DNA of 64,000 nucleotides. Origin: Balanoglossus misakiensis (lineage: Eukaryota > Animalia > Hemichordata). Below the pieces are notes generated by a model that was given only the letters and a program-made list of their open reading frames with translations, was not told the DNA's origin and made no database searches. The position numbers and the translations under genes are program-made. Position 1 is the first letter of the stretch. Each line of letters opens with the position of its first letter. Below, in pieces: positions 37,677-50,255 of the stretch. The stretch covers positions 16,251,903-16,315,902 of the forward strand of contig CM082577.2 of NCBI GenBank assembly GCA_040954595.2, written 5' to 3'.

Positions 37677-39999
37677 TTAAAACTTTGTTTTTTTTATGAG
37701 CTTCTCTTCATCATTTAATTTGGTTTGAATAACTCTTCTCACTTCCTTTTCTTCTGCTTTAAAACGCGTAGTTACATGACCTTAAACAAAAGACATTTAA
37801 AAAAAAAATTGATGATGATGATGATGATCAGCTTCAATGTAAACATTTATGGTCATAAAACACTCCAAAGGTGCAATATTTCGGACAATCTACAGCACTC
37901 CACAATACATTAGTTTACACACACATTCTCTCTGATTTGTATCTTTGAGGTTGGCTTTCTAAAAACTTTATGTGAATAACCTTATTATTATACACCTGGA
38001 GTACTTGATGAACGATAAAGGATAAATTGGCACTGCTTTGGACCAGTGGTCAACCTCCATGTTTACAAATCAGAATGAATCATGGGATATTTAATGTTCT
38101 GTGCACTCTTTGATTTCATTTCATGCAGGTCCACATAAATTTATAATGATGTGAATTACTGGTATTCTTAAAGGCCCCATTAATATATCTGGAAGATAAT
38201 TCATTAAAGGGACTAAGTCTCTCTCTCGCTGCCCTTTTGCCATTAGTTATGTTTGATACAAGATACCATTTGTGTTATTCTACATGTGGGTATATAGTGA
38301 ATCAACGTTCAACGTACCACACACACCTTCCATCCCGCTTGTATGATATGAGAGTAAAAACTCGCCCAAAATGAATAAATCATTAAATGGTAGAGAACGA
38401 TTGTTCATTTTGGTGAGATTTTTACTCTTGTGTGTACAAGTGGGATGGAAGTTGTGTGTGGTCGACCGTTGATTCACTATATACCCACATGCAGAATAAC
38501 ATAAACAGAGTCTTTTATCAAACATAATTAATGGCAGCGAGAGAGAGACTTTGTCCCTTTAATCAAAACTATCTCTCACAATAAAGGTAAGACAGCAAAT
38601 TTTGACCTACTGATTATTGCCTGGACTCTATCATCTGGGAGCTTTGGCTTGGCGACTTTCCCCATGTGAGCATTTGACTGTTTCCCAGTCAGTGATGATG
38701 TTGCCATCATAGCCCGGCTGAACAAGGCTGACATTAAATCTCTTGTGTAGGTCTTAAAGTTTGTACCATTGCATTTTCTTAATGCGGCCACATCAATCAG
38801 AATGTTTCCTCCAAGCTTCACCTGAACAACAAAAAGACATTTTTAATTGGCTATGATGACTTGCCTAATTGTTTGTCACATAGATTTGGGTGTACATGTA
38901 TTAGTTTTAAAGTTTTAGGGTAAAAATGATGTTATTTATCTAAGATTGAGTTTTCAAATGTGCCAAAAATATACACACGTATTTTCTGAAATTGTACCTT
39001 TGGTGGAGATCTTTCATCTTTCTCTGGTGGCTTGCTGCTAGTAGTCTGTCTTGGATTTTCTTCATTTGGGTCAACGATGTTGTGTGTGTCCTCACTTCTC
39101 TTGCTGTTTAGGAAGTCTTTTAGTTTTTCGGTTACAGCAGGAAGATCTGTTGGAAAATTTAAGACTGTTGGTGATTGTGTCAATATTTTTATATTGTGCA
39201 ACAATTACCACTATATCTTGTTCTATTTACTAAAACCTGCTTAAGTACCAAGTACTGAGCTTCGCAACAAAGTGGATATGCTTGTAAAGTGCCAAGCGTA
39301 CTGTATCCTTCCTGCAGCTCTCACCAATTCTAGGCTAATTCTAGTCTGGTGTTTGACTTGAATTTAGTTTTGAAGTCAGATCACTTACACTCTAGGGTTG
39401 TTATAACCTTCCTCAGTGCCTTGTTTTCCAATTCAAGTTCCTTTATTTTCTTTTTCAGTGAGTTTCTGTCATCACCATCATCACTATGATCATCATCTTC
39501 ATCAATTAACATAGGCTGAAACCAAAGAAAATTTTAAAGCAATAATGTTCATAAAAATAGCAATGTGCAATGCACATGTACATGGTGGGCAGCTTTCATA
39601 TACATGCCTTTACGCTGTATTGACAAAAGTTCAATGCCTTATTCTGTCTCTCATTCAAAAGGAAACTCAAAATACATTACTTCCCATAAGCCATCATCAA
39701 TTATGCCTGCCTAACTCAAATGGTACATGTATAGGTATTTGCTAGGGATCGTAATTGTAAAACGTGTACGACAACTACACATTGTATATCAGTGTACATG
39801 TACTAAGAGCTGCCCGGTAAAAGAGCTGGGACGCAGATTTCTCTGTAATTCCGAAACACTGAACCGTGAAAGTTTACAAAGCTAAGCATCATGGCCAGTT
39901 ACACTGTACGCGATATATTTTGTGACAAAAATCGTCATAAATATGTAGAAATCACATAAAATACTCACCATCGCCGATCTTTCCACTGTGGTCGGCCAT
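37677..39999 (-). CDS. Spliced BEN-domain protein (acidic stretch, coiled coil, BEN), ~215 aa, inside the hAT element
   Basis: Exons 39999-39969, 39706-39681 (weak acceptor), 39515-39389, 39146-38998, 38821-38611 and 37780-37677 are GT-AG and phase-compatible. BEN motif TRDLMSALFSRAMMATSSLTG...KPKLPDDRVQAIISHV...VRRVIQTKLND. The last four exons are solid; the first two are tentative. Confidence 0.75.
38208..38558. mobile_element. TTAA-target MITE (Kolobok-like) in a BEN gene intron
   Basis: TTAA-AGGGACTAAGTCTCTCTCTCGCTGCC...GGCAGCGAGAGAGAGACTTTGTCCCT-TTAA. Confidence 0.85.
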
Positions 40000-40324
40000 C
40001 TTGTTTGTGCCCGCAATGCTGGAAATTGCATGAAACCACTTTCTGAACGCCGGGATCTGGGTCTGAATTACGGGACCTGAGTTCTGAATTATAGATTTGG
40101 GCTTCCGAATGACGGGAAAATAGTTCTGAACTACGGGTTTGGGAGCAAGACTACCGATTTCTTTCTCTGAACTACGATTTCTTAGGCACCCCTGCACAAG
40201 TTTTCTAATAACATGTTTGTACCACGATTCCTTCATTAGGTCAAACAGCAACAACACCAACCAACAGTGACACTGAACAATATGACATCCAGGTTAACAA
40301 GTGTACCACCATCAATGCAGCTCG

Positions 40325-40437
40325 TTTGCTGGTTTTTTGCGAATAAATGAAATAATTAGTGTCAAATTGAATGATATTACAATAGCAAATTCCCATATGG
40401 AAATCAATGTTCGCAAGTGTAAGAATGACCAGTTTAG
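40325..40437 (+). pseudogene. Tyrosine recombinase fragment (DIRS/Ngaro-like)
   Basis: FAGFLRINEIISVKLNDI...MEINVRKCKNDQ resembles the catalytic-Arg box and the KSKTDQ motif. Confidence 0.7.
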
Positions 40438-43059
40438 TATGGTCACTTGGCGTATAATGGGTTTCATCTGTTTTCACCTGGAACTACTAACTAGCTTTTC
40501 CACTGGTATTGTGGGGTATACGACAACCACCGTATGCTATCGGATTTATTGTGTTTTGTCTTAATTTCTTAGTATGATCTAGTTTAGTATTCATTGGATA
40601 ATTATATGCGTTTCGAAGATTAGCATATATCAATAGCAATTACTATATCTATTCATAACGTACGTTCAGTGACACTGAACAATATGGCATCCAGGTTAAT
40701 AGGCGTACCAGCATCGAACCAGTTCAAAAATCAACAATTCAATTCAATTACGAACAACATCCATCCCTCCAAGAGATCAAGGACTCTCTCCGTCCAAGAA
40801 CAGGCAGTAAGTATACACCCAATGACATCACACAATCCCCTCAAAGCCACATCTCAACTACTGTGGAATATCTAATACTTTTCTTTTTCCAATACTAATT
40901 GTCAACACCTTTGCAACAAAATAACAACTCTGACTTTGCACTAAAATTTTATTTCGCCTGACAACCCAGTCCAACATCATATCAACAACACCTATTGCTA
41001 CGGTTTCCCCCTCTACAACAAACAGTTTTAGAAGTGGCATCTTCTGTGTCATAGATGGCACTTATCTAGAGTGTCCCACTTTACGCCAGACCCTAGGGAT
41101 GGATTTTCATTGCTTTTTGTCCTCGTATTTAAAGTCAACCTGGCTGAATAATAAAAATGATAACCCCGAGTGAACACAAAGTAAGCATGAAAAATGGGTC
41201 GAAAAGTCAGCGTCTCCAAACACAATGAATGTGCTCGTGTCGCCATTTTGGAAATCTTTGGATCGGTCGGTGGATCACTTTTTGTGCTTTTATCGCAAAA
41301 AACAAATACGTATACATCGCAATTCATGAAAAGTCCTGACTTCTGTACATCACCATTTTGTTTCGAGTCCAACCAAAACATCGGAAAAAAATGATTGTTT
41401 TCAACGCTAAATATATATATTTAAAACTTTTGATACGAGCAACAATTCTTAAATCCAAATCCTATTAGGAATATGCCATACAAGATAAATAAATGGTATA
41501 GACCGAAAGGTTATTACAAGTCAGTGTTGGCAGCCCGCAAGTCTAAAAAACAGCAGCAATTTTACAATGGAGGTTGTTCTGAAGCATCTGACATTCAGGT
41601 AATTACTCAGCTGTATTGTACAGCAGTACATACTGCAAAACCTGTGAGTCCACATACACTATCAAGCAAGACATGGAAATGTTACGACATATACGCACAA
41701 GCGATAGCGAGTGCGTATATGGAGTTGAACTGGTCAAAATGGAGTGGTATACCATGGCTGGGGATGTTTTAATGCTATTATATTATACCAGTATATTGAA
41801 ACTTTGCATAAAACATTTTAAAAAGGCATTTTCTTTGACTATGAGTTTTGCGTGATATATGACTGTGGTATGTGACGAATATATCACAGTCACGTGTCGT
41901 GTCTCGACCAATAAAATAGCGTGATTTACACCATCAATATGCTGGTATAATATAATACCCAATATAATTTGAAGACAATAACTCGAAAACGCCCCGGTGC
42001 CCAGATGGCAAACAAAGTGCATTTTACTCAGTATATGATAGGCTTTTAGAAAAACATTGTCTCAAAAATTCCCCCATAAATTTGACATACTTTTAATGAC
42101 ATAACTTCATACCAGCAGTAGGAATTCTTGCAGGTGGCCTAATGTGTCTTCATTACACCACCATAGTGTAGACATTTGGCAGTTGCCCAGTAATATTTGC
42201 TCTTTCAAAAGAGGTTGATACTGGGAAGACTACAAGCCTTAATATCCTATGCCACCTCTTCGGTTCGGCTGAAGGTTACTAGTATATCTGAAGGTGTCAT
42301 GAAATAAGTCCGGAGTATGTGGACACTACCATGTGTTGTTGATGACATGGATTCAGAAAACGGAGTCAAAAAGTTAGCAGTCAGATACTTCAACGGGGGC
42401 ACTCAAACAGACTCACATGGAACATACACACCTATTACTACGTTCTTGTGCTCTGCCAACTTTTCGTTGGGTGAAAATGCAAGCCATGTGATTGAGGCTA
42501 ATAGTATGATGGATATACATGAGCATGTTATCAACTTCAAATAGTCATGATTTTTTTTTAAATTAGCAAGTTTAATAATAAACAAGTGCCACATTTTATC
42601 AACCTTCTGTTGCGAGAATACACAACTATTGTTGTGTATATTATGCATGTGCATGGGTATTAAAATCCCCACAAATTGCAATGGCTCAGAATAGGGAAAA
42701 GACAAGTTTTTTATTGAATAACAGTGGGACCTGTTGGGGCATTAATCACCAGATGAGAAGTGACACCAGAATGACAAAGTCAAGATTTGTAATTGTCCCT
42801 CCAGATCTAATATATATTAAGTTTGATCAGGGATCAACAGTTTTGCAAAAGTAATAATAAATACAGGTGAAAAAATACTGTTGATTTACTCTGGAGAACA
42901 TGATGCATATATTTTGGTTAAAGTTGTTCGGGTTTATGTGCCCAGTAAGCCATTTAAAAAGTTTGTTCTGTATTGTTTCTTTACAGATTACAAAAATAAG
43001 TGTTTGCAGCAAGCAAACCTGCTAACTAACTGCATTCTCTTTGGATTTGCATGTTGTAG

Positions 43060-43508
43060 GTTAGTGTTGGTGTTCTTGTTCTAAGAGGGGGAAAGTTGAT
43101 TACATCTAGGAGTTGCCTGACAGGGTTCACTGTGGTGGTGGAAGTACCTGAAACAGGTTGGTATCTTTATTCATAGTTTTCTTTGGTACAAAAGTAGGTG
43201 TATATAAGCATCATATGCTATCTTTTTTATACAGGCCGATGAACGTTTTAATAATTAATTTCGAAACTACCACACTGACGCTGTCTGAACTTTCATTCTT
43301 ACAGCCAATTTGGAAACTATAAAGAAAGCGGTGATAGAGGCGCAACAACAACACAACCAATATTTTGATTCTGAATCTGATTATGTGCTGTTGCATAAAG
43401 ATTATTCAGAAGTAAAGCAAGGATTTATTCTGCATGTTTACAAAACAAAAGTGAACTTGTCATACAGCAATCTCACTTTTTATATTTGTGAGTGTGACGT
43501 GTATGAAG
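43060..43508 (+). pseudogene. Two-exon remnant of a ubiquitin-like-fold domain of the type seen in invertebrate transposon cargo genes
   Basis: Exons 43060-43156 and 43305-43508 splice in frame: VSVGVLVLRGGKL...VEVPETANLETIKKAV...YVLLHKD...FILHVYK...YSNLTFYICE. Confidence 0.45.
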
Positions 43509-45713
43509 GTAAGCTGATATTGTCTGATTAAGCCAATGAGGAAAAAAACAAGTCTTTGTTTCTCAGTTTTTTGACAAAAAGAACAGGGCCTGCAAGTTAC
43601 ACCAATATTTGTTTTCCACTTGCATGTTATTTACAAGATAACCTCATCACACATTTTTAAAATTTATTGGAGGAAAATGTAACGGCAAACAAAGATGTAG
43701 TTTTCTGCTGAGTTATACACTTAATAATGAAATATGAACACCTCACTCTGAGCATTGAAATTGAAAGGAGACTGAAGAGCAATTTATTTTAAAAAGTAGC
43801 AAAATACAATGCATTTTTGATCACAAATATTCAGATGACCCATACTTGTAGCTTGCATTGTTTGGACAAGGTAAAAGAGATATATATTCATACCCAATAT
43901 ATATATATTGCCTGAATTCATTGTTTTTAGTAATCAGGAAAACTTTCATTTGCATATTTTTTATAGAATATAAGAAGATCATTGGATGCAATGGGGACAG
44001 AGGAAACGTAAGTGTTGATAATACTTTGTATACTCTTCATTTTAGGGATCATGTCCAATGTTCCACAGACTTACATTTTTTTAAAAAACCTTTGTAACCA
44101 AATAATGTGAACAAGCCGCGCTTGTAAGCCTTGCCTTGATATTAATTATGCATGCAGAAAATGACGTAAAATTTGCATATGGGCGGCGTAAAGGTCACGG
44201 GTCACGCATGCGTTTGTTTGTTATTGATTCAATATTTAGTTTTTGATTCTCAGGTACGTACGTCCGTTCATACTGCGTGACAATATGATTGGTCAATGAG
44301 TTTATGACGTATGTTAACTGTCAATTATGCCAGTTGCGTTACCGGTGAATTTCTCAACAATGCCGTGTGAGGGCGCAGAGAGCTATAACAGTCCATTTTT
44401 ACTTGACTCAATTTTCACCTTGGTGGTCCCATTGAGTGATTACACAAGAAAAAGTCTACACCGGAGTACATGGCCATATACAGACAGACAGACACACACA
44501 CACACATAGCGAAAGAGATCAATGGGCAAGCACTGACTGGCCCATAAGCTGCCAATGGCATATGTACTGTACATACACTAAATAGAACAGCTGGCCTTTT
44601 TAAAACTTAGACAGTTATGTAATCATTCAGGAATTTGCTGTGTAAATCAATCACACAGGGAACTTCTTGCTTAATTAAAACAATAAATACACACCACTTT
44701 GCAAAGCAATCTGACCAGTAGTTCTTGAGTTACTGAGTTTTGACCAAATTCACATTTTCCAGCTAATTTGCATATTTTTGGCGATGACACCTTCATTTGA
44801 ACAAACTCACATCTACAGCCCAGCCTGCATCTGCACACCAAATATCAAGGTGATACACGCAGCGGTTTTCAAGTTTTTGATGTGGACGGACATACAGACT
44901 ATACATCCATCCATCCATCCATACATACATACATACAGACGCAACCGATCCCGTAAGGTCCCATGGTATATACCAATGGGACCTAAAAACTGACTTCATG
45001 TATTTTATTTATACATGTGTGGTAACATAATATGTAAACTTGGCAGACTGAAACATTTTTTCTTTGAGGCAGATCAATAATATAGACTGACAGTGTTGTA
45101 CTTTTTGGATTTGAAGACAGATTTGATCATTTTCATTATATTATGCAACAAATTAACTTTCATTGATCAGTCTCATAAGGTTGTGCATGATGCATGCCGT
45201 ATTGAAGAAGTTTAAAGCATTTTAAGCATTTAATGAAACTGTTCAATGTTATTGATGTCATTATATTACCCTGGAGACTGAAAGTGTGTAGTGGATTTGA
45301 CTCTGTGTGTTCAACATTATTACTGTGTATAACCATTGATAGATTTATGTTTTTAGCTATTTATCAAATTTGCAAAGACAGTTGTTTAAACTGTTGCTTT
45401 CTCTTTCCCAGGAAAATACAATGTCTATCATTTGTTGTTAATATTTTCTGTTAGGTATCAGCTTCAAATGGACTTCAAACTTTTAAATATCTTAAATACC
45501 ATTTCCTGAACATAACTTCCCAGGCATCTCCATAAATGTGAATGGTATTACTTAAATTCTTGAAGTAATTTTAATAATTACAAAATAAAATTTTAGAAAA
45601 CATGGGCAGAGTTCACTTGAGAGATTTCTGGAGAGATTTCTGGAAGTTTTGTACAGATGAGATTTATCTGTTCTTCTTGAGAAAACTAATGATTTTCAAA
45701 ACTTTGCCTTGTA

Positions 45714-45905
45714 GCCTGTCAGAGGAACAACAATGGTGTGTGGAGTTGGCACTGCTTGGTCACAATATCTTCATCACTGGCCCAGCTGGAAGTGGTAAAA
45801 GTTACCTAGTAAAGAAAATATATGATAAAATTACCAGAACTACTTCCAAAAATGTAAAGATTGTGTGTCCTACTGGTGCAGCTTGCAGCATATATGATGA
45901 TCTGC
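45714..45905 (+). pseudogene. PIF1-family helicase N-terminal fragment
   Basis: LSEEQQ...GHNIFITGPAGSGKS (Q motif + Walker A) and VCPTGAAC (motif Ia); truncated afterwards. Confidence 0.85.
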
Positions 45906-47808
45906 CAGAAAAGTCAAAAACAACAAAATAACAATGATGACTCTTTCCAACAAAGTTTCCTTAAATTCCACACCCACTTTCATTTTCTTTCCTCAAGGTC
46001 ACCTTCAAGGCTACAGTAATAACAGAACCCACCTCTGACACCATCACCACCAAGGATGGATCACCTCACCATAACAAAATTCCACCGCGCGGAACACACA
46101 GCTTCGATGCCAGCGTACTTCTGGGAACACGTCTTATCCAACACAAACATTCGTATGTTTTTTAATGTTTTCTACATCAGTTTGCTAATTTTTTTATTTC
46201 ATTTACTTTCAGTTGCCCTTTTTAACACATTCTCAATTAATTAGTTAGTATTTACCAGTACATTTTACTTTGAATTGCATATTTCTCCTTTGCACATCAT
46301 TTTGGTCCCTTAGTTAGTTATTACTCGTCTACTCTCAGCTGTAATGTTTACACTTCCCACAATCTTGCCATTTCTCAGCTAGCCATTTCCAACTCCATTG
46401 AAACTGAAATTAGATACTACACACCCCTTCATCAACCAATTCTCAGAGAAGGGGAAGCAATGGACTACATAAAAAGTCTTACTGCCAGAAAAAGTCAAAT
46501 CGTGCACTACGAAAACCGTAAACTCTCTAAAGCCCGCGGCCAATTCCTGTGCATCGCCATGGCGTCGCAGTGCCGAAAAGATGTCATCGCCTGTGCATTG
46601 GCGAGAAAGAAGACAGGAATGGAGCTGCTTGATGAAAACCTTCTACTAGACTCATCTTTCCACACAAGCATCACCAGCGAAGATATCACCCAATCAGCTA
46701 AGTACTTGACTGTCTTTTTTCTGTTACAGAAATTTGCACTAATGCCTGTTGAAACTGTCAGCGAAGCGAACCAAAGAGACATATGCCTGGTTCCTGGTTC
46801 ACCATCTACTCCATCAGGAAGTTTGGATGAGACTGTTTGACCGCCAATACTCAAATTTCCCCCGGGGTGCCGAACACATCATCAAATTTCTAGTTACCTA
46901 CGGTTTGGATGAATTCCATGCTACAAAGGTTATGCAGAGCCATTTGATGCCCGCATACTCAACAGCTGGAAATCACCGAAATAGGTAGTATTGTTTCATA
47001 CATTATTCATGACCTGTTTAGGAAGAAAACTAAATGGGAAACTATGTATGTCTCCTCTGTGGCCAAGGCAAAGTGAATTCATGCAAACCTGATTTAAGTC
47101 AGATATGGCATTTCTTCTCTCAATTAATTATCACATTATTGTTAGTTCTTCGCTGTTCTGATTTCTTGGTAGTCAGCAGCTGCTTCTCTACATCCAACCA
47201 ATGAACAATCCAGTATGCAGATGTCAACTTAAAATTATAGGCCTGTTAATTTGGATACCTAAGGATGATCAATTTTAGTTTCCAAACTAAAGATGCCAAT
47301 AAACGATCTCCAAAGTAATTACTTGCAAGAAAACAATTTTAGTTTGGAAACCTAAAGAATTATCTGTTGGATAGCTTATGGGCAGGCTAAATAAATTGTA
47401 TATTTTGTTGTGAGATACTCCGAACTTTTTTCCGGGTGATACCTTGTTGGTGAAAAGCGATGGATATATCTCAACAATTTCTAACAGACTTTTATCATCC
47501 TCTGCAAATAATGATATCTGAAGTGGACATTTTATACAAAAGAAGTGGGTTTCCACTGTTTGAAAAATTCATGTGAGTAGTGTAAAACGTTGTGCAAATA
47601 GCATCACTTATTTCTTCCATTTATACAATACAACCACGGCTTATCAACTCACCTCAGCTCAAAATTACTGCCATTGATTCATCATTTTGCAGTACCAATT
47701 TTAGAAAGCAACTGACGCAAACAACAACCACTCTTGAATTATTTCTCCACAACATTTATCACACGTAATTATTAACAATCAATGTTTTGCATTTTATTTC
47801 CACTACAG

Positions 47809-48836
47809 TATGAATCAGTGACACATACATCGAATTCTACAAAGAGACGTAAACTGACCATAACTGATGGCATAAGAGATGCCGAAGTAAACCTCTGGGG
47901 TGAGAAAACAGCGCTGCCACTGGATGTAGGTGCCACAGTTAAACTAGGCCCATTGGTTATCAACAGATATAAAACATCGTCCACATTAAATACAACAGCG
48001 ACAACTGAAGTGGAGGTGAGACATAAAATACTGTTACATCTCGAAATTGAAATCCTATGTGTGACTAAATTCCCTTTTTGACAAATGTTCATAAAAAATC
48101 CTGCTCTGTGCAAACCTTACCCCCTCCTATTGTCAGTGCTTCTAATGTAACTCTAAATTTCCCCCCAAGGCGTTAGGAGAACCTACTGGTGATGACATGA
48201 TAGATGGGTTGTTGAAGGGAATAGACATAGATAAGTAAGTATTAACTGCAGTACTTTCTTACACCAGACTTCCAATATCCTTGGAAATTACTATCATTCT
48301 GTGCACGTTCAGAAATTCTGTGTTCCCTTCTCTGTGCCCCATTTCCACAATTCAGCAAAATTCCCATAATTCACTTTACATGTAGAATAAACAACCAAGT
48401 TTGGGGTATTTTCTGGTTCCCTGTTCTAGTATGTGAAACAATTTCTCAGTATTCGGTTTCTCAACCCAGCCATTTAATATTAATACACATTAATGTTCAA
48501 CAACGAATTATTTGTCAACATTTAACAATAACTTCAAAATGGCTATGTAGAAAAACGAATTACTGACCAATTATTTTGTTTCACAGGGATCAGGAAAAAC
48601 ACATTTGATGCATGGAAGAAAATTCTGAAAATAAAGCCTGTACCATTCACATTCTGTCAACTTTTCCTTTTTATTTTTTCTAGAAGTGGCATCTTCTGTG
48701 TTATAGACGGCAAATACTCAAATACTTACAGTGTCCCACATTATGCCAGACCTTGGGGATGGAGGAGGACATACTGCAAAACCTGCCAGTCAATGTAAAC
48801 TATCAAGCAAGACATGGAAAAGTTACAAAGATTTAG
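47809..48836 (+). pseudogene. RPA-like OB-fold protein; three remnant exons, the last frameshifted
   Basis: Exon 47809-48015 reads KRRKLTITDGIRDAEVNLWGEKTA...LNTTATTEVE; further exons 48170-48234 and ~48684-48836. The last exon is duplicated at ~41030-41105 plus ~41628-41685. Confidence 0.6.
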
Positions 48837-49879
48837 GAAGTAAACTAAACCAAACCAATCTCCAGCTTGCAACTTCCCCGACACTACTATCCTGCAAGAC
48901 AAAGTACCAACACTGATCATCAAGCATTAACATGTACTATCTAAATTCAAGTTGTGAACTTTTAATTTATTCATTACAGAAACATTTCAGTCCTGCATTC
49001 TGCCATTCACATGCATCTGATCGAGAACTTTGCACAAATTTATTTCTTACTAATTTAAAATGAAAGTTTTCCAAATGGGTGACTCTCAGTCTCTGATATA
49101 TATTAACGTGAAGTCCACGGGTATTTTATCAAAAAATGGGCAAAATATTGAGAAAAACTGACAAATAAACATATGGTCGGCGAGGGCGCTTTCGCAATAT
49201 TTCCGACAACCTGGATTCATGACACATGCATTATCTAACATAAGGGGAACACGATGACCGATGTTTACTGACCGATGTTTACTTTATCCAAATCCATGGA
49301 TGGGGCACACGGATTAAGTCGTTAGCAGGTGCTTTATAGTAAATTCAATAGCTTGTATTCTGGATTAGTTACTGATAAGATAGGTGGAGGTAACACAGAA
49401 AAACAAACAAGCACAAAGACTGTTCATCAAGTAATGTTTATTGGGGGAAAATGCAAGAACTCCGCCATTTATAACTTTCATGTTTGCAGCCCCCTGTGGT
49501 GCATCCATGCAAATTTGATTGTTTATCACATTCATTGTAATATACCAGTGGAGACATGGTAAAGGATTTGACCAATCAAAAAAAACCTTACAAGAGTGCT
49601 GCATAAACCACGTAGTCTTGGTAGGCTGTTCCTGATTTGTGCAATTTTTGACAGCTCAATCTGCATGCCACCAACAACTGTGTTCAGTTTGCTTCACCTG
49701 TTGTTATATCCTTAACACCTTCTTACAATGTCATTTACACTTCTCTCTATTTAGCATATTGCTAAAGGTATTTGCATAACAATAAAACCTTGCCTCTGAT
49801 GTTCAGTTCGCTTTCGTTCTTCCTACTGTCCACACGCCTTTAAATTCTCTCAACAATAATTCGCTAGCTCTAGATAGAT

Positions 49880-50255
49880 TTTTTTCTCAATTTTCTTAGT
49901 TCTTAGTTTAGTTTAGTTATATTGCATTTCCCAGTTCATTTTCATTATCATATTTCATAGTTTAGATCAGTATTAGTTAGATATAGAATTAGTTTTTTTT
50001 TTCATTCAGTTATCGTTTACAGTTGCCTTTCTTTCAAATTTCTTAGTTATTTAGCTCAGATAGATTAGTTTATTATATTAGTTCCGTTTATTATTAGATT
50101 TCTTAGTTAGTAAATTTTCTTATTTCTGATTAGTATTAGCAGTATAGCAGTTTAGTAAGTAAGTTAGATAGTTAGCTACTTAGTATTAGTAAGTTAGTTA
50201 GATAGTTACTTAGTTAGTTAGTTAGTTACTTAGTTAGTTAGCTTCTTAGTTGTAG
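49880..50255. repeat. TTAG-rich low-complexity tract
   Basis: Degenerate (TTAG)n, purest at 50150-50250. Confidence 0.75.

Larger units (their letters stand above)
29553..40194 (-). mobile_element. hAT-like DNA transposon with 5-bp TSD (hAT5-type), 10.6 kb including nested insertions
   Basis: ~290-bp nearly identical TIRs (29553-~29842 and ~39905-40194) starting CAGGGG; TSD CACAA at 29548-29552 and 40195-40199. Confidence 0.9.

Noticed and set aside
45714-48836. Complete Helitron
   Set aside because: No HUH Rep motifs and no TC...CTRR ends were found; only helicase and OB-fold fragments.
49880-50255. Telomeric repeat
   Set aside because: The unit is degenerate TTAG, not TTAGG or TTAGGG.
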